From: Octopus bimaculoides
Lineage: Eukaryota
DNA length: 64,000 nt
Assembly (NCBI RefSeq): GCF_001194135.2
Contig: NC_068984.1
Location: 100,288,451 to 100,352,450, forward strand
Reading direction: 5' to 3'
Shown: piece after piece, positions 12,831 to 27,449 of the stretch
Layout: each line of letters starts with the position of its first letter
Numbering within the stretch: the stretch's first letter is position 1
Position numbers and translations under genes: made by a program
Notes under the pieces: generated by a model
Databases searched by the model: none
Told to the model about the DNA's origin: nothing
What the model saw: the letters and a program-made list of their open reading frames with translations, nothing else

Positions 12831-15614
12831 CACACATATGTGTGTCAAGATTAACAGCTGGAGAATGTGTTTACCCATTCATTCTGATGTGAGTTATTGT
12901 TGATGTTTAACACAGCTTGAGTCAGCTCAGATTCAGTAAACCTATGACCAAAGACCTTCAAGTTGTGACTGTCCTGTTATTTTCAGACATGATATATCTA
13001 TGATTACATTATTCATTGTACCCACTTTTTAAGATGGTAATTTAAAAGGGATTTGGCTACTCCTAGCTGTTATATTTTTAATAGTTACAGAAATAAGGCT
13101 CAAAGGGACACAAAGTTTGGGGAAGACGTGTAGTTGATAAGATTAACTCCATTACGGGACTGCTCCTTATTTTATCAATTCTAAGAGGTAAAATGGCAAA
13201 GTTGATGCCAAATATACTTGAACATAAGGAAGTGCAACTCTAAATACTGCAAAACATGTTGTCCAATGTTCTACCACATTTTTTTCCAGTAATTATTTAA
13301 TATTGCTTCCCCACTCTCACCTCAATCAAACATATAGTGATTTGTAGTGTGACAGTAACCAGCTAAGTCACAATCTGAAAGACTCTTTCGTTATCCCCTC
13401 CACAAACACACATATACCAAGCCTCACCCCTCCTTATTAAATCTCATTAGCAGGTCATAATGGCAACATATTCTGAATGAGTCAACAAAGTGGCTTCTAC
13501 ATAGTCACTCAGTCTGTTAGAAGTAACAGTAAAAAAACAAATTATAACCTTATAACCTTTCGGCTTAAGAAAAAAATAATAATAAAGGACACATTCCACA
13601 ATGAAACCAGCATACATAAGGATGGTCATGGTTGGTGTGCTTTTGATCCTAAGTCAGTTGGGTTTAAACAACATACTCTGATGTCATCCCAGTTTTTAAT
13701 GTATTTACCACCAACTTGTTTCAATTCTTTAATATAATTTCTATTTGAATATTGCTCCCTTTACTCCTCCTGTTCTTTAGATGAGGTGTGGCTGAGGAAG
13801 GTAGTCTCCAAACTGTCAAGGACCTGTGTCACTAGATAAGCAAACCAACAGGAAGTTACTTCCATAAATACACACCAGAAACACACTTGCCTGTCCCTCC
13901 ACCCACCACCATAATGCCATCTTGTCTATCTCCATTGATTCTCTTGTTACTTCATACACTGTGAATGACACAACCACCACACTACTATAACTATCACTAC
14001 TGCATCACCACCACCACAACAACAATCACTATTACCACTACCACCACAACTATAACAATTCTCTAGAAAGAAGAATATAAAACAAGGAAAAATACCATCA
14101 ACATTGTTACAAATGTATGGAAAGCCTACAGAAGTAATTGCCTTCTATACAGCAGCTTAGAAATAGCAGCCAAATCTCACTCAAATAATATCCTACTACC
14201 TTGTAAAAAAGGAAGAAGGCAGTAAATGTAGTCTAGTCTTAGACATACTAACTGATTAAAAGGTGAGTTGGCCTTTGATCATAAGTCTGTTGGATCATGG
14301 CTGACCAGGGGCTAAACAAAACGAAAAATACTAGCTGTGAACCTTTATGTAGTTGAGCAACCTGCAAGACATAACAGTTAAATCTCCCTCACGTAATACA
14401 CTACTAAGTTTTAAACAAAAAAGGACACAGATTATATAGTCTTAAACCATTGTCTGGAAAAAAAAAAGGACTGGATGGTTACAACTAGAATACTATAAAA
14501 CATAAATTCACTCAGTAACATTTGTATTGTCTTTATTTTCAAATGATTTACTGAGAGAAGGAAGGTCAGGGTGGAAGGTATAGTTGTATCGCTTCCCTCC
14601 CCACTTCCTCGTATATTACTGTTACAACTGATTGAACTTGAAAGAATGAAAGGCAAGGATGGCTCCAACAAGATTTGAACTCAGTTCTGTAATGTAACAA
14701 TGTCAGTAACCAACTCAAGACATTTAATTAGTTTTACCATTTCTGCCAATCTTGTAGTAATGAGGATTTCGACAAGGATTTCTATCATAAGCACAAGGGC
14801 AAGGCCTCTCTCCAATGCTCCACCCCCTTGTGTGGTAGCTCTTATTTTTTTACCCACCTCAGATTTTGTAGATGAGGGTGGAGAGCAGGGAAGATTTGAA
14901 TTCAGAATAGAAGGGGTGGACAGGAGCAGGCCAACTTAATTGTAATAAAATATTAGGGTGTTCAGTGGAGCACCACCTTATTTCTATGAAAATACCCTAA
15001 CACAACCACCCAACTATAGAGTGACAACATCCTACTTTTAGCCCTAATTTTATACTATTTTGCTTCTCTGTCTTTTGATGATTCACCCCCCCCCCCCCGC
15101 CGACTACCATCACTACTAACATCACTTCCACTCCTACAATACTCCCCCCCCTTCCTTTGCATACTTAGTCACCTCAGCCACTTGTGACCCACCCAATATC
15201 CCACAGAAAACCTAAAACAGCAGAATCTAGAGTCCTTACACTGCATAGGAAAGGGGTAGGACTCAGTGAAACTAAGATGGGGTATGCAGGGGGGTGGTCT
15301 GGTGCAAGGTAAGGGGAGAGGAAGGATGGGGATGTGCTTGAGATGAGGTGGGATTAGATGTAAAGTAGAAAGTTGGTCAGATGCAAGTCTGTAATCTGAG
15401 AGAGAGTGAGAGAGAGAATATGCAGTCTCAATGTCTATGCACAAGTTGCTGAGCTGCTGGCTAATTTATAAACTTGATTCATCCCTTTAGCTTGAAATGA
15501 TTATTACTTTTGCCTGTGATTCCACTCAAGTGGATAAAATTAAGCATAAATCAAGTTTAGGGGTCAGTAAATCAACTAAGCTCAAGAAACAATTATATTA
15601 TTATTACTATTGTT

Positions 15615-15833
15615 AAGGCAGCATGCTGGCAGAATCATTAGCATGCCAGGCAAAATGCTTAGCAGCATTTCATTTGTCTGTGTTCTGAGTTCAAATACCA
15701 CTGAGGTTGACTTTGCCTTTCGTCTTTTCAGGGTCGATAAAATGCATACCAGTTGAGCACTGGGGGTCGATATAATCAACTTACCTCCTCCCCTGAAATT
15801 ACTGGCCTTGTGCCAAAATTTCAAATCATTATT
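15615..15833 (+). mobile_element. tRNA-derived SINE family B (V/Meta-like central domain); other copies about 49763-49975(+), 54750-54948(-), 55360-55530(-), 61985-62110(+), and decayed copies at about 9800-10140, 36385-36520, 47260-47370
   Basis: Head gctggcagaatcattagcatg..ggcaaaatgcttagc..ttctgagttcaaat, core gactttgcctttcatcctttcggggtcgataaa..taccagttgagcactgggg, and tail gccttgtgccaaaatttgaa-(ATT)n. Confidence 0.88.
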
Positions 15834-16828
15834 AAACTGTTGTTGAAGTCTGCTTTAGGTGGAAGAGAAGAAAAATGTAGCAAAGTTGAAAGTTGTGGAC
15901 AGTTACATTTCCACACCAATAAAGTGTGACTAAAAAGGCTAACAAAACAGTTTCAACCATTGAGCCAGTGATAGAACCTCTACATGGTCACGAAATTGGC
16001 TAGAAATAGCAACCAAATCTCGTTCATATGCCATACTACTGCCTTAAAAAAACAATAACATACACTACATTTGATAAAAAAGAGAGGATGATTTTGACTA
16101 TAACATCTTCATCATAGGTCTGCAGAATCAGAGCTGACCCGCAGCTACATGCAAATAACATTAAAATAGGTGTTACACAAACCAAAAACGCTTATAATAT
16201 AGTCTAGACACTGTGTTAGGCTCAACACTCAATGATGGTCAAATGATTAACACCACCATTACTTGGTCCTTGCTTGCCTTTAGCTGGGTCAACACTGCAT
16301 CAAGCATTCACTGCCCACATAGCTTATGTTTCACTTCTGATCATGGATATTTCTCCTTTTCTCTTGACAAACTTAGCACAAAAAATAAATGATTTTCTCT
16401 TAAATGCCTTATTATTAAACAAGGGAGAACAAACCAATGAGGATGCCGATGGTCACTGACACAGTCACCAACAGGTGGACAGTTTATTTGTGTAAACTGT
16501 TACATCACAATCCCTTGTGAAGTTGTAATGCAAATTTCTAAATCACACAGTCATACCAGCACACACACACACACAGATACATGTGTGCGTAGGGGGGGGG
16601 GGTTATTAGTCGTATTACCTGGTACATTTACAATTAAACCAAAAAATAAATAAAACAAAACACTTAATGTGGTTAGGTAGTGAAGTAATATTTATTCAGA
16701 GCTGAGTCTCAACAGCCCCAACTGGTGTATATATAAACAAGCTTCAAGTATCTTCTAAACAGTTGCCTGAGGATAGGGAATGTGAAATTCTGTTGTGAAC
16801 ACACACACACACACACCCACACACACAC

Positions 16829-16870
<42 letters not shown>

Positions 16871-18092
16871 GTATAACATTTCTAAGTGTTGATTGAGACA
16901 AGCCCAGCAGAATCAAGTCAAGTACCTTTAACACTGGAATAACTTTGGTAAGGCATCAACTAACATCTAGAATTGATAATTTGGGTAATAAAGGGCTAAT
17001 TTGGATGGAAATGCTAAAACTGGTTTAATACCAGCACATGGACCAACTGCATATGACTCCTCTTAGTGAGTTAGTCTCTCATAGGAGCTAAATCTTTCTC
17101 ACATCCCATTCTACCATGTTAAAAAAAGGACGGATACATTAGATGATATAAATATAAACAGAGTGTATCTTGAAAGAGATAGAATGTGTTGTTGTAATAT
17201 GCTTGATTGACCATACATCTGTAGCAGTGGGACTAAACTAGAGCTACAACTGCAATAAATCACTCAACCATAAAGCAGGTAAATAATTAGCTGATTAACC
17301 ATCTTTGACTTGGTGTCAAACAACATTTTCCCATCAATAACAAGGTTTGAATTGCTCTTGCTTATATGAATAGTATAAATTCTTAACCCTACTGCTACTC
17401 TGACAGCTATTTCCAAATATATTCACATGGTACACCCTGTAAAGTGGTTATTGATAGAGAAACCATGCCAAAAATAGAATGGATGAGTGAGAAGTGAATA
17501 TTGCAAGTTGCATTCCAGGCTACCAATCTAAGTGGGCACCAATTCCAAATAAGAATTGATACAGATTAGAAGGATCTCTTTTGTCTTTCAGCTTGGGAAC
17601 ATAAGTCTCAGTAGCATGTTAAAACACACCAAGTGCACACTGCAAGGCATGCATAACACTCAAATTGGTTGGCTTTCTGTTATGTGTACCAGATGATAAT
17701 GGAGACAAACCTGTCCAATCCAGGCCAGTACAGAAATAGATGTTAAGTGATGATGAATCAGTAAATTTATTACTGTCTCTATGACCCTCCAGCAGGGCCT
17801 AGGAACCACAAATCTCTTGTAATGATGCTAGAGGTCACAAGACAATGATTAATCAGATTTCAACAAGTATTACTGCATCAGCTGTTACTATCACATCTAC
17901 AACTGTCACTACTGCCAATACCAACAATCTATCCTCACAACTACAACAACTGCTGCAAGTATCTCAGTTACTGAAACTGCAACTGACATCACAGCAATAC
18001 TAATAGAAAAGGGTTTTTCATTCACATGCATAATGCAATCTGCAGAAAAACCTCAATTAATTAAGACTATGTAATTAGACAAAACTTTGCTC

Positions 18093-18239
18093 TTATCATC
18101 ATCATCGTTTAACGTCCGCTTTCCTTGCTAGCATGGGTTGGACGATTTGACTGAGGACTGGTGAAACCGGATGGCAACACCAGGCTCCAATCTAAATTTG
18201 GCAGAGTTTCTACAGCTGGATGCCCTTCCTAATGCCAAC
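18093..18239 (-). mobile_element. Very young 5'-truncated RTE 3'-UTR / RTE-tailed SINE copy
   Basis: Begins with (atc)n-gtttaacgtccgctttcc, the reverse complement of the ...ggacgttaaacgatgatgat RTE tail. It differs at only about 4-5 positions over ~145 bp from 30533-30677. Confidence 0.88.
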
Positions 18240-19856
18240 GAGTATTAAAAATTAAATAAGAGATTAATAAAAAAAGAGATAAAATTGCTTCAAATTTTTA
18301 GTGAGGAAATGCAATACTGGTATGCCCTGCTTGTTTCAGTTGACTTAAGGATCTGAGCTACACCTGTTACTGCATTTTCAATATTTTCTCAAAACTTTAA
18401 CAAAGTAATAGTACTGGAGTTATCTTCTTGGTTTGTATTTGTGTGTGTGCGTGTATATATATAAACACACCTAAATAGAACCTTTGTTAACAAAATGTAT
18501 GGATATTTTTAGTATGCAAAACATTAGCCCAAGTTTTGTGGTCACAGAATTTTTGTGGTTTCTAAGTCCCACTGGAGTGGCACCAAAATAGCAACAAACA
18601 TGCTGAATCATTATAATTTTATATCAACTTTCCAATACCAGAATGGATTGGCCAGCTCATGTTTTGCATCATCATGTACAAGGTAACACAGAAAACCAGC
18701 CAACTTCGTGGATGTACATCTCTTACAGTGTGGACTAGATACATTTTTACCAACACTAAGAGAACTGTAAAGTTCATGTCTTGCTCTTACATTTCATTTG
18801 ATGCCATTATTTAGTGGGAGTGAATCTAGAACATAGTTGGGAAGTAAACTTCTTAAACACACAGACTTTATATGTAAAAACACATACATGCACACATATA
18901 TCATCAACATTTTATGAGCATTTTTCATGCTGGCATTGATTGGATGTTATAATGCAACATCTTGTATACACAGCCACAGAGAAAGTTTGCTGTTGTGTAT
19001 ATTTTACTGTGAACTGGATGAGTTTTATCATGCCACCAGCACAAGACACAAGAGTGCCACATAAGGGTACTAAAAATTCCTTTCTAATCACTATTTATTC
19101 TTATTCAGTGTTTCTGCCCTCCAAGATGGCCATCCTGTAATAGGGATTGTCAGTTAACATCTTGTTTGTAAATCTGTTGACGCAGATGAAATAAAGAGTC
19201 TAAGCTATTGAATGGGTTAGTAGTGTTGGTTGATGTAACATGCAATAAAGCCTATTTCCAATGTGTCAGAAGAAGTAGGTGGCGGAGAAGGATTGCAAAA
19301 GTATCCTAGGTTACTCAGAGTGAAATAGTCTCAGTGTGAAAGATCTCAAAGATGTCCCATGGTGCTACATAGTTAAGCTGTCGAGGAAATATACCCTGAC
19401 AGGCAACACAAAAATTGGGATAGAGTTAAGAAACTGGCAGGAAAGAAAGCCCTGTTTGTTGTAGTCACATAATGAGCTAAAATTACTTGTTGCTGTTACC
19501 AACTAGACCTAAACTGCTTGCATATACTGAATAGTTAGAAAATGGCATATACAGTGTCGTTTGTCTGAACAAAAATTAGAGCATTCAGTACAATGTACAG
19601 CAGGAATGATATTAGACAAAATATATTCAGGTTAACTCTTCACAGACAGACTAGAAGTTTCACAAGAAATGTTTTCTTTATAAACAAACTCCATTCTTGC
19701 TCATCTATTGGACTACCTACTGACATCAAGTAACAGCTCCATTCTAGATGAATAAAATATGGTGGTATGGTGAACAAACATGGAGCTTGTGTATAAACAA
19801 CAAGTCTTTGAGAAACTCTTAGTTAGTCAATGAACTGTTTAACCTGTATACTTTAC

Positions 19857-19918
<62 letters not shown>

Positions 19919-20611
19919 GTATATATAGATAGATATATAATACACATACACTCAAATGCGTGTGCGCGCTACAAACACTGTGAAATGCTGTAGTTCTAGT
20001 TGTTCCTAAGTGCTAACCCAGTTAAATATTGTTAGACAGGTACACCAATGGCAAAACATGAATTTAACAAAATATTCAATCCTTACTTTTAATCCTGATT
20101 CACTTACTGATTCTACCTTTGAGGCAATTTCACTAAAGATTTGACTTTTCAAATAAATCTCCATTTGAGAGATATCGTAAAGAGAGGATCTTGTTAGCTA
20201 TTTGACAACAACTTTGAGCAAGACATGTCACTAAATAGATCCTTTCACTAGTTTATGTGATCTCTGTAAAGTAGTATGCTGAGAGGAGTTTCCCTCAAAA
20301 ATTGACCAGGTTAACTAGTTGCACAGAAGCCCCTACATAACTTATGTAATCTTTATTTGAAACATTGGTGGATATTTGACTGCTGCATTAAACTCATCAA
20401 GTAATTACACAGTCCCTCCTCCCTTATCAACTCAACTCTGTAATTATTTATTTACATAAGATAGAAATGTATTTTGCAATCTGAACTATAAGATTAAATT
20501 GATCGTGAGGGAAAAAAATGGAAAAAAATAGGAAGGAGAGATAGGGTATTAAAGATTAATATTAAAAGAAATGTTAGAGTAAGAAGCCTAATGGAGTGAA
20601 GCCTGGTTTAC

Positions 20612-21397
20612 CTGCTCATTGGTTGACAGATTTTCCTTTGCTGGTGGGCTTTCAAGACATCCCTGAGAACTTTGTTCAGCAATCGTCCCTTGGCATATAA
20701 ACTCATCAGAACAGTCGTCCTCCTCTTTTAAGTAAGATATGCTAGATTTTTTATCACAGTCCATAATATTGAGATCACATGACTTCATGACAGCCGGGCT
20801 TGTGGCATCACTATAGCTCCAGTCTTGCTCGGAAAAGTTTCCTACATTCGTAACACCTTCATTTAATCTATCATCACATTTTCTATTCCCAGCATTAGAC
20901 CCTTCATTTTTCATTCCATACGAATTATGAGTCTTATCAGAAGACTTCCGTAGATGGTTATTAGTCCGCCTTCTCTGAGAATAATATTTCGCTAATATCT
21001 TCTGTTTACGATTTCCTTTTGACGAAGATTTTTTTGGCGATTGGGAAGTGTTTGTTCCTCGCAATCGCTCAGATTGTTTGTTGAAAGCATTTTTAAAAGA
21101 TTTGGGACGTGAAGCTCGTCCCTGAGCTTTAACTTTCGAATACATATCAGTTTCAAATAAGTCAACTTTTCCTTCCTCCAGATCTTTCCAGAAAGTATCT
21201 TTGAGCGTAGTAGAATGATCCTGTCCAAAAAGGTTGGAGTTAGCAATAGCTGTAGCCTCAGTAGTATTAGATGCTGTTTGGGATTCTGCAATGGTGCTTA
21301 CATTGGTAGAACTGGCAATTGTACTGCTGTTGGAGGCAGATGATGCCAACTTAACAGGCAAGACACCTCCAGGCAGAAGCCGACCTTCCATCATGGC
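20612..21397 (-). CDS. Large internal coding exon (786 nt, phase 0-0) of an unidentified, mostly low-complexity/disordered protein: AMMEGRLLPGGVLPVKL...FWKDLEEGKVDLFETDMYSKVKA...KENLSTNEQ
   Basis: The only long, non-repetitive, gap-free ORF in the window (268 aa in the track). It is bounded by a poly-T acceptor (ttttttag|GCC ATG) and a CAG|gtaaac donor, and its length is 262 codons. CpG content is visibly higher than in the flanking introns, consistent with coding constraint. Confidence 0.93.
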
Positions 21398-22140
21398 CTA
21401 AAAAAAAAGCAAAAAAAAAAAGATAAAATTGAAAGATGACAAAGTTTATGAGATAAAGCTAAGATTGTTATTGTTTTTACTAAATTAGTGTTAGTATCTG
21501 TATTCTTGCATGAGTATCTGGGGATATAGGGGAAATTTTTAAATACAACAATGGATATCTTACATATATACACATATGTATGTATGTATGTACACATGGT
21601 GATACATCATTCAAGAGTTATTCATGAAATTTCATTCTGATCTTCTAAATGAAGTTAATATATTAGGTAAGCTACACTTGTTCACCATCAAAAGTAGGGG
21701 AAAGGGACAGGTGTGGAAAGGCAGTAGAAAGAGAGACCTGACACCAACCAATTGTAATTTTTTTCATTTAAACACTAAATATTGAAAGAAAGGGTGCATG
21801 CTGTCGGTTTTGCAACAAAAGATTTTTAAAGTATAAGCCAACAAATCATATGAACATACACATTTACAACCACACACCGATACATACATATGGTTTTAAC
21901 ATTCACTTTTCCATGATTGCAAGAGTAGATGAAATTAGTTGAGGCAGATTTTCTACAGCAGGATGCTTTTCCTTTCACCAACCTTAATCTATTTCTAAGT
22001 AAGGTAATATTTCCTTAGTCCTTCGAACTCAAACAGTACAATAGTCAGGCACTTTTAACAGAAGATTGCACATAAATGTCACAGATTGCATGACAGTAGT
22101 GTTTGTTTATGATTGGCACATGAAGACAAATTGACATGTG

Positions 22141-22172
<32 letters not shown>

Positions 22173-23468
22173 CACACAGAGTTCAAATGTACATCTATAT
22201 ATTATCATCATCTTTTAATGCCCATGTTTCATGCTGGCATGGCTTGGATAGTTTGACACCATTCAAAGCACTCAAAAGTACTATCACATTGCAATGTTGT
22301 TTTGACACAGTTTTTGGAGGTTGAATGCCTTGCTTAATGCCAACCACTTTACAGAGTATACTGAATGCTTTTAATTTTTTCTTTTCTTTTGTGGTACTAG
22401 CACCAGTGAGGTCACATATACATATATATCATAGCTATATACATACATGTCATTTAACATCCGCTTTTCCAGGCTTGCATGAGTCAAACAGAATTTCTTG
22501 GGGCAGCTGAGACAAATTTTTCTATGACCAGATGTTCTTACCAACACTCACTTGTTTCAAAGGAAGATGGTATTTTCCCATAGCTACACATGTTTGTCAC
22601 TGGAAAAACACATTGCTTGTATGACTGTGATGCTTGTTTTACAACACTCATGTGATGTCTAGATAAGGATACCCACACACACATACATTATATACATGCA
22701 CATACATACATCCATCCATATACACTTACACATACATAAGTATGTATATAAATAAACATTTTTTTGTAATGGTGAAACTTGAAGCAGATGAAGCTCTAAA
22801 TAATAGCATATAAAATATTGGGTTAAAAAATCCTTTTGATAAAAAAAGGCAAAGGCTGCTCACAGGACTTGAACACACGTTCTGCAAATGTGATAGATGG
22901 TCTACCACTGGATCAAAGTATTTCTTTAAATTTCTCCATTCATTTTAGTAACAATATTCTTACCAATGCATTACTGACATCATTGCTTCAAGTGTCATCA
23001 TTCCAAAAAAGAACTATTTCAGGTTCTCTCAAAGTTTCTTAATTCTTATGGCATCAACAACACACAAACACATATACATACAAACAAACATCATTCATCA
23101 TTTATATCTGCTTGCATACTGGCATGGCTTGCACAGTTCACCACAGCTGAAATCGGCATGTATTCATGCACTTTACTCACTTAAAAGGTGCAATGGACTT
23201 TGCCTTACATATTTCATTTTTACAGTCTGAAGCATTTTACAGAATGTACCAGGTCCATTTTTTTCATAGTACCAGGACTATAGAAATTCCTTATCCTTAA
23301 CCAGATTAAATGGCACTCACAACTTCTTTGCCAAAATGTACTGAAAGCTCTTATCATGTTACCAGCAGTACAGAGCTAGCCATGTTCTCAACACAATTGA
23401 AGAGGCTTCACATCACCATATCTCTGCACACTTACCAGCCTTTTTACAACCTCTTTACAGGACAAGGG

Positions 23469-23501
<33 letters not shown>

Positions 23502-26500
23502 GCATGAGTGATAGTATTAAGATGGATATGTGGGAATGGGATGGAATGATAGGAATACTCGGTATTCCAGGATATGTCATGGCAACATGACTGAGATGAC
23601 TGAAGTCTATATGCCCCAGGAGATAGGGCAATGACTGAACACTGGAAGCAATGTATCTTTAGTCACTCCAGAAGTGTAGTACAGTGAGAACTGAGAAGAA
23701 GTGACTGAGAGATGAGCTGGAAGATTTCAATGTGTGGTGAATCTTTGATGAACAATAAATATATGGGTGAGAAAGCACATGTGACCAACAAAAAAACAAA
23801 AAAAAAACACTCATAGCCAACAGTCACACTGACAACATAGCACAGTGAGATTGAGGGAGGAGTAATTCAAAGAGGAACAATTAGAGTTATGAACATAGGA
23901 AGCAAGAGAGATAAAGACATGGGTGAAAGAAAGACATAGGTGATGGTGGAATGGGCAATAGACAGAGGTTTGATAGGGATGTGTGATGCAGAGGACAAGA
24001 GATAGAGGACTGAGCAAAAAAGGGAGGGGGAAAGTGATACAGGTGTTAGAGGGGTGAAAGGCTATCAGGGGTTAATAGTGTAGACTTCATTGTAGGCATA
24101 TATATATATATATCTGCATTCATGCATGCATGCACACGTGTAGAAACATATGACTAGCAATGCATGCCCATACATATACAAATATACATAATTTTAGCAT
24201 CTGCTTTGTCATGCTTTGGCAAGCAAGCAGATCATCTACACAGTGTACTGTCAGGCAACACAGTCCTTTATTATCTCCTCCATGAGGTGCAACAGCTTAT
24301 ATTCTACACACATACACACTCACACACATTTTTAAATACAGACACATACACACTCAGGCATATGTAGTAAGTTGTTTAAATATCTACAAACTCAAAAGAT
24401 GCATTCTTTTTTTTTTTTTATATATAACTTAATCCTAATTTACAAAACATTGAGAATAAAATACAAAATATTTTCATTCTTATTACTATCTTATTTAACT
24501 GAGGTACTTAGCACATGTGGATAAATTGAGAAAAAGTTCACAGCAGATGTACTGACATGTAAATGAGTAAAAACAGCACATGTTTATCATAATTTTTGTA
24601 AGCAGCCCTCAGCTGCTTCCTCTCTGAAAGAGGAACAAAAATAGGAACTTTTGATAAAATGACAATAAGACGTTGAAACTAGTTGCACTGTTCTCAAGTT
24701 TGCTCTACANNNNNNNNNNAAAAAAAAAAAAAAAAAGCCCTATTCTTTCACTACAGGGTCAATTTACAGGACATGGTTGAAGGCATGTTAGTCAAGCATA
24801 AGTATGTAAACAACCACATGCTGTCTCTAATTTTTTTTCATTTATTACACACACACACATCTACTCAATTATATACAGAACACACTCACATATAAACACA
24901 GATAAATATACATATATCATAGTTGTGGTGGATTTTATGATGTATAATATATCTATATTGGGTTTCTTACTCATTATACTATCAAGTCACCATCCACTGC
25001 CTTCTTCATTACTATTTGTCACCCTTTGACCTATTTGCTGTAACATACACCAATATAATGAAGATTTGCCTCTGATGTCTGTAATTTATTTATTCTCCAC
25101 CACCCTTTCTCACATTCTTCCACCATCACACCTTTGTAGCTTTGCCATTCCAACATCAGGATGTCTCTGTGATAAAGTGGTATCAAACCCATCTACATCT
25201 AGTACCCAAAACAATGACCCCATCTTTACTGCTAGCTATCTCTCTCTCTCTTCTCTCTCCTCCATGTGATTTTTCATCTAGCACTCTCACCACAACCACC
25301 TTCCTTTGCCAACCCATCATGCTGCAACAACCAGCATGTAGCTACCACTGTTGCTGTTCCAAAACACATTTCCCCACCGTTTCACTCAATACTATCAGTT
25401 TTCTCCTATTGCATTCACACATTCTCTATCTTTCTGACTATCATTCTCTTTGTATTTACCCTCATAGTCACGATTTCCTTAAAATAATGGAGAAAACATA
25501 CAGTAAAGAGAACTCTTTTGTTTTAAAGCAGTCAAGGTAACTACTCTTGCACTGGCACCATGATACGAAGTACCTGGTACACTCTAAAATGGCTGGTGAA
25601 CAAAGACAATGTAGAGAAGGTTGTTAGCTTTGATGAGGACATAATATCTCTAGCACTTGCAAAGTGCTGGTGCTAGGAAAGGGTATCCAGCCAGGAAAAT
25701 AATGCCATGAAAATGGAATATATGAGGAAAACATGGTCCTCCTACCAATTTGAGCGGGCAGTAACGCCAACAAAGAACTGACTGACAGTGATGACCTATC
25801 CAACACATGCCAGCACAGAAAGTGAATGCAAAATAATCACCATTTAATGTCTGTTTTCCTATTCTAGCATGGGTTGGACAGGGACTTATTTGAAGAAAGA
25901 TTTTAAGGCCAGATGCTCTTGTTTTTTTCAAGAAAGTGATTGCTTATTCCAGAGGTCTTAAAAAGTACAAAGTGACCAGTTATAACATCAACAAGGAATG
26001 TAAACATCATATCACCAGGTGTTGCAAGCAAAACCATGGACTGTTCACACACACACACACACACAAACATATGCACACAAATACATACACATATACTCAC
26101 ATGCATATACATAATTCTTTAAATACTTTGGTTTAATTCTATCAGATTAACTATATTACTTTATAATTCATAAAATATAACCCTTAAATGATTTTTTTTT
26201 CTTCACTAAAAACACTAAGAACATATGTGAATAGATTCTCTCAAATACCCAGAAAGATCCCTAGAAGTAGTTGATAGCTTTTGCTACATAAATTACTGAA
26301 TGATATTTAGTTTCCCAAAAATTTATAAAAATGTTGAAACTTTTTTCTCCATGCACACATAAATTGTGAATATTGGTATCTTAGTAGTTAAATGAGGCTG
26401 AAGCAGAGGGAAAATGATGTTAAACTAAATGATGAGATAGCAAAAGAATATCAAAAAATGTCAGAGTAGTGAAACAGGCAATGAGAGTTTTACTGGTTTA

Positions 26501-27194
26501 TAAAAGTTTAACCGTATTGACAGCTGAGGTGACAGCAAAAGATAGGTAGGTATTTAGGCAGATAGATAACTGGAGAGATGACTTTTAGGTAGACAGACTG
26601 GTAGATCGAAAATTAAGTTCATTGAAATGAGAAATAACTTTAGCCAACAATTTTACTGTTAGCTGAGAAACCACACAAATTTCAAATTACTTCAAAATCA
26701 GAATATTGAAAGCTTGAAACTTGAAAGACCGAAATCTCAGAATACCAAATGCAATGTCAAAAGAACAAAACTCCAAATTTTGAAATGTTTTAGGGATAAA
26801 TATGAAAATATTTTTCATAGATATTNNNNNNNNNNNNNNNNNNNNNNNNNNNNNNNNNNNNNNNNNNNNNNNNNNNNNNNNNNNNNNNNNNNNNNNNNNN
26901 NNNNNNNNNNNNNNNNNNNNNNNNNNNNNNNNNNNNNNNNNNNNNNNNNNNNNNNNNNNNNNNNNNNNNNNNNNNNNNNNNNNNNNNNNNNNNNNNNNNN
27001 NNNNNNNNNNNNNNNNNNNNNNNNNNNNNNNNNNNNNNNNNNNNNNNNNNNNNNNNNNNNNNNNNNNNNNNNNNNNNNNNNNNNNNNNNNNNNNNNNNNN
27101 NNNNNNNNNNNNNNNNNNNNNNNNNNNNNNNNNNNNNNNNNNNNNNNNNNNNNNNNNNNNNNNNNNNNNNNNNNNNNNNNNNNNNNNNNNNNNN

Positions 27195-27242
<48 letters not shown>

Positions 27243-27449
27243 GTGACTAATTTTAGTAAATTAGATAAAGATAAACCCCTGCATTCTTTAAAGAAAAGAC
27301 CATGACCAATATCCAAAAAGGAATAGCAAAAATTCAATAGTGTAACCAGTATAAACTATGATGAATGCACAACAGTTTCAGTCAACTCAAAGGCAAGGTA
27401 ATGGAGAAAGTAGACTTTATATGCACCAAGTGTAAAGAGCAATAAACAT

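Noticed and set aside
18620-18830. Protein-looking minus-strand readings with occasional in-frame stops (also about 22770-23050, 35190-35377, 62110-62330); considered as stop read-through or selenocysteine recoding
   Set aside because: The stops are a mix of TGA, TAA and TAG, I saw no SECIS-like structure, and the splice pairs are inconsistent. With a by-eye stop probability of about 7% per codon, on the order of a hundred 60-codon stop-free runs are expected by chance in six frames.
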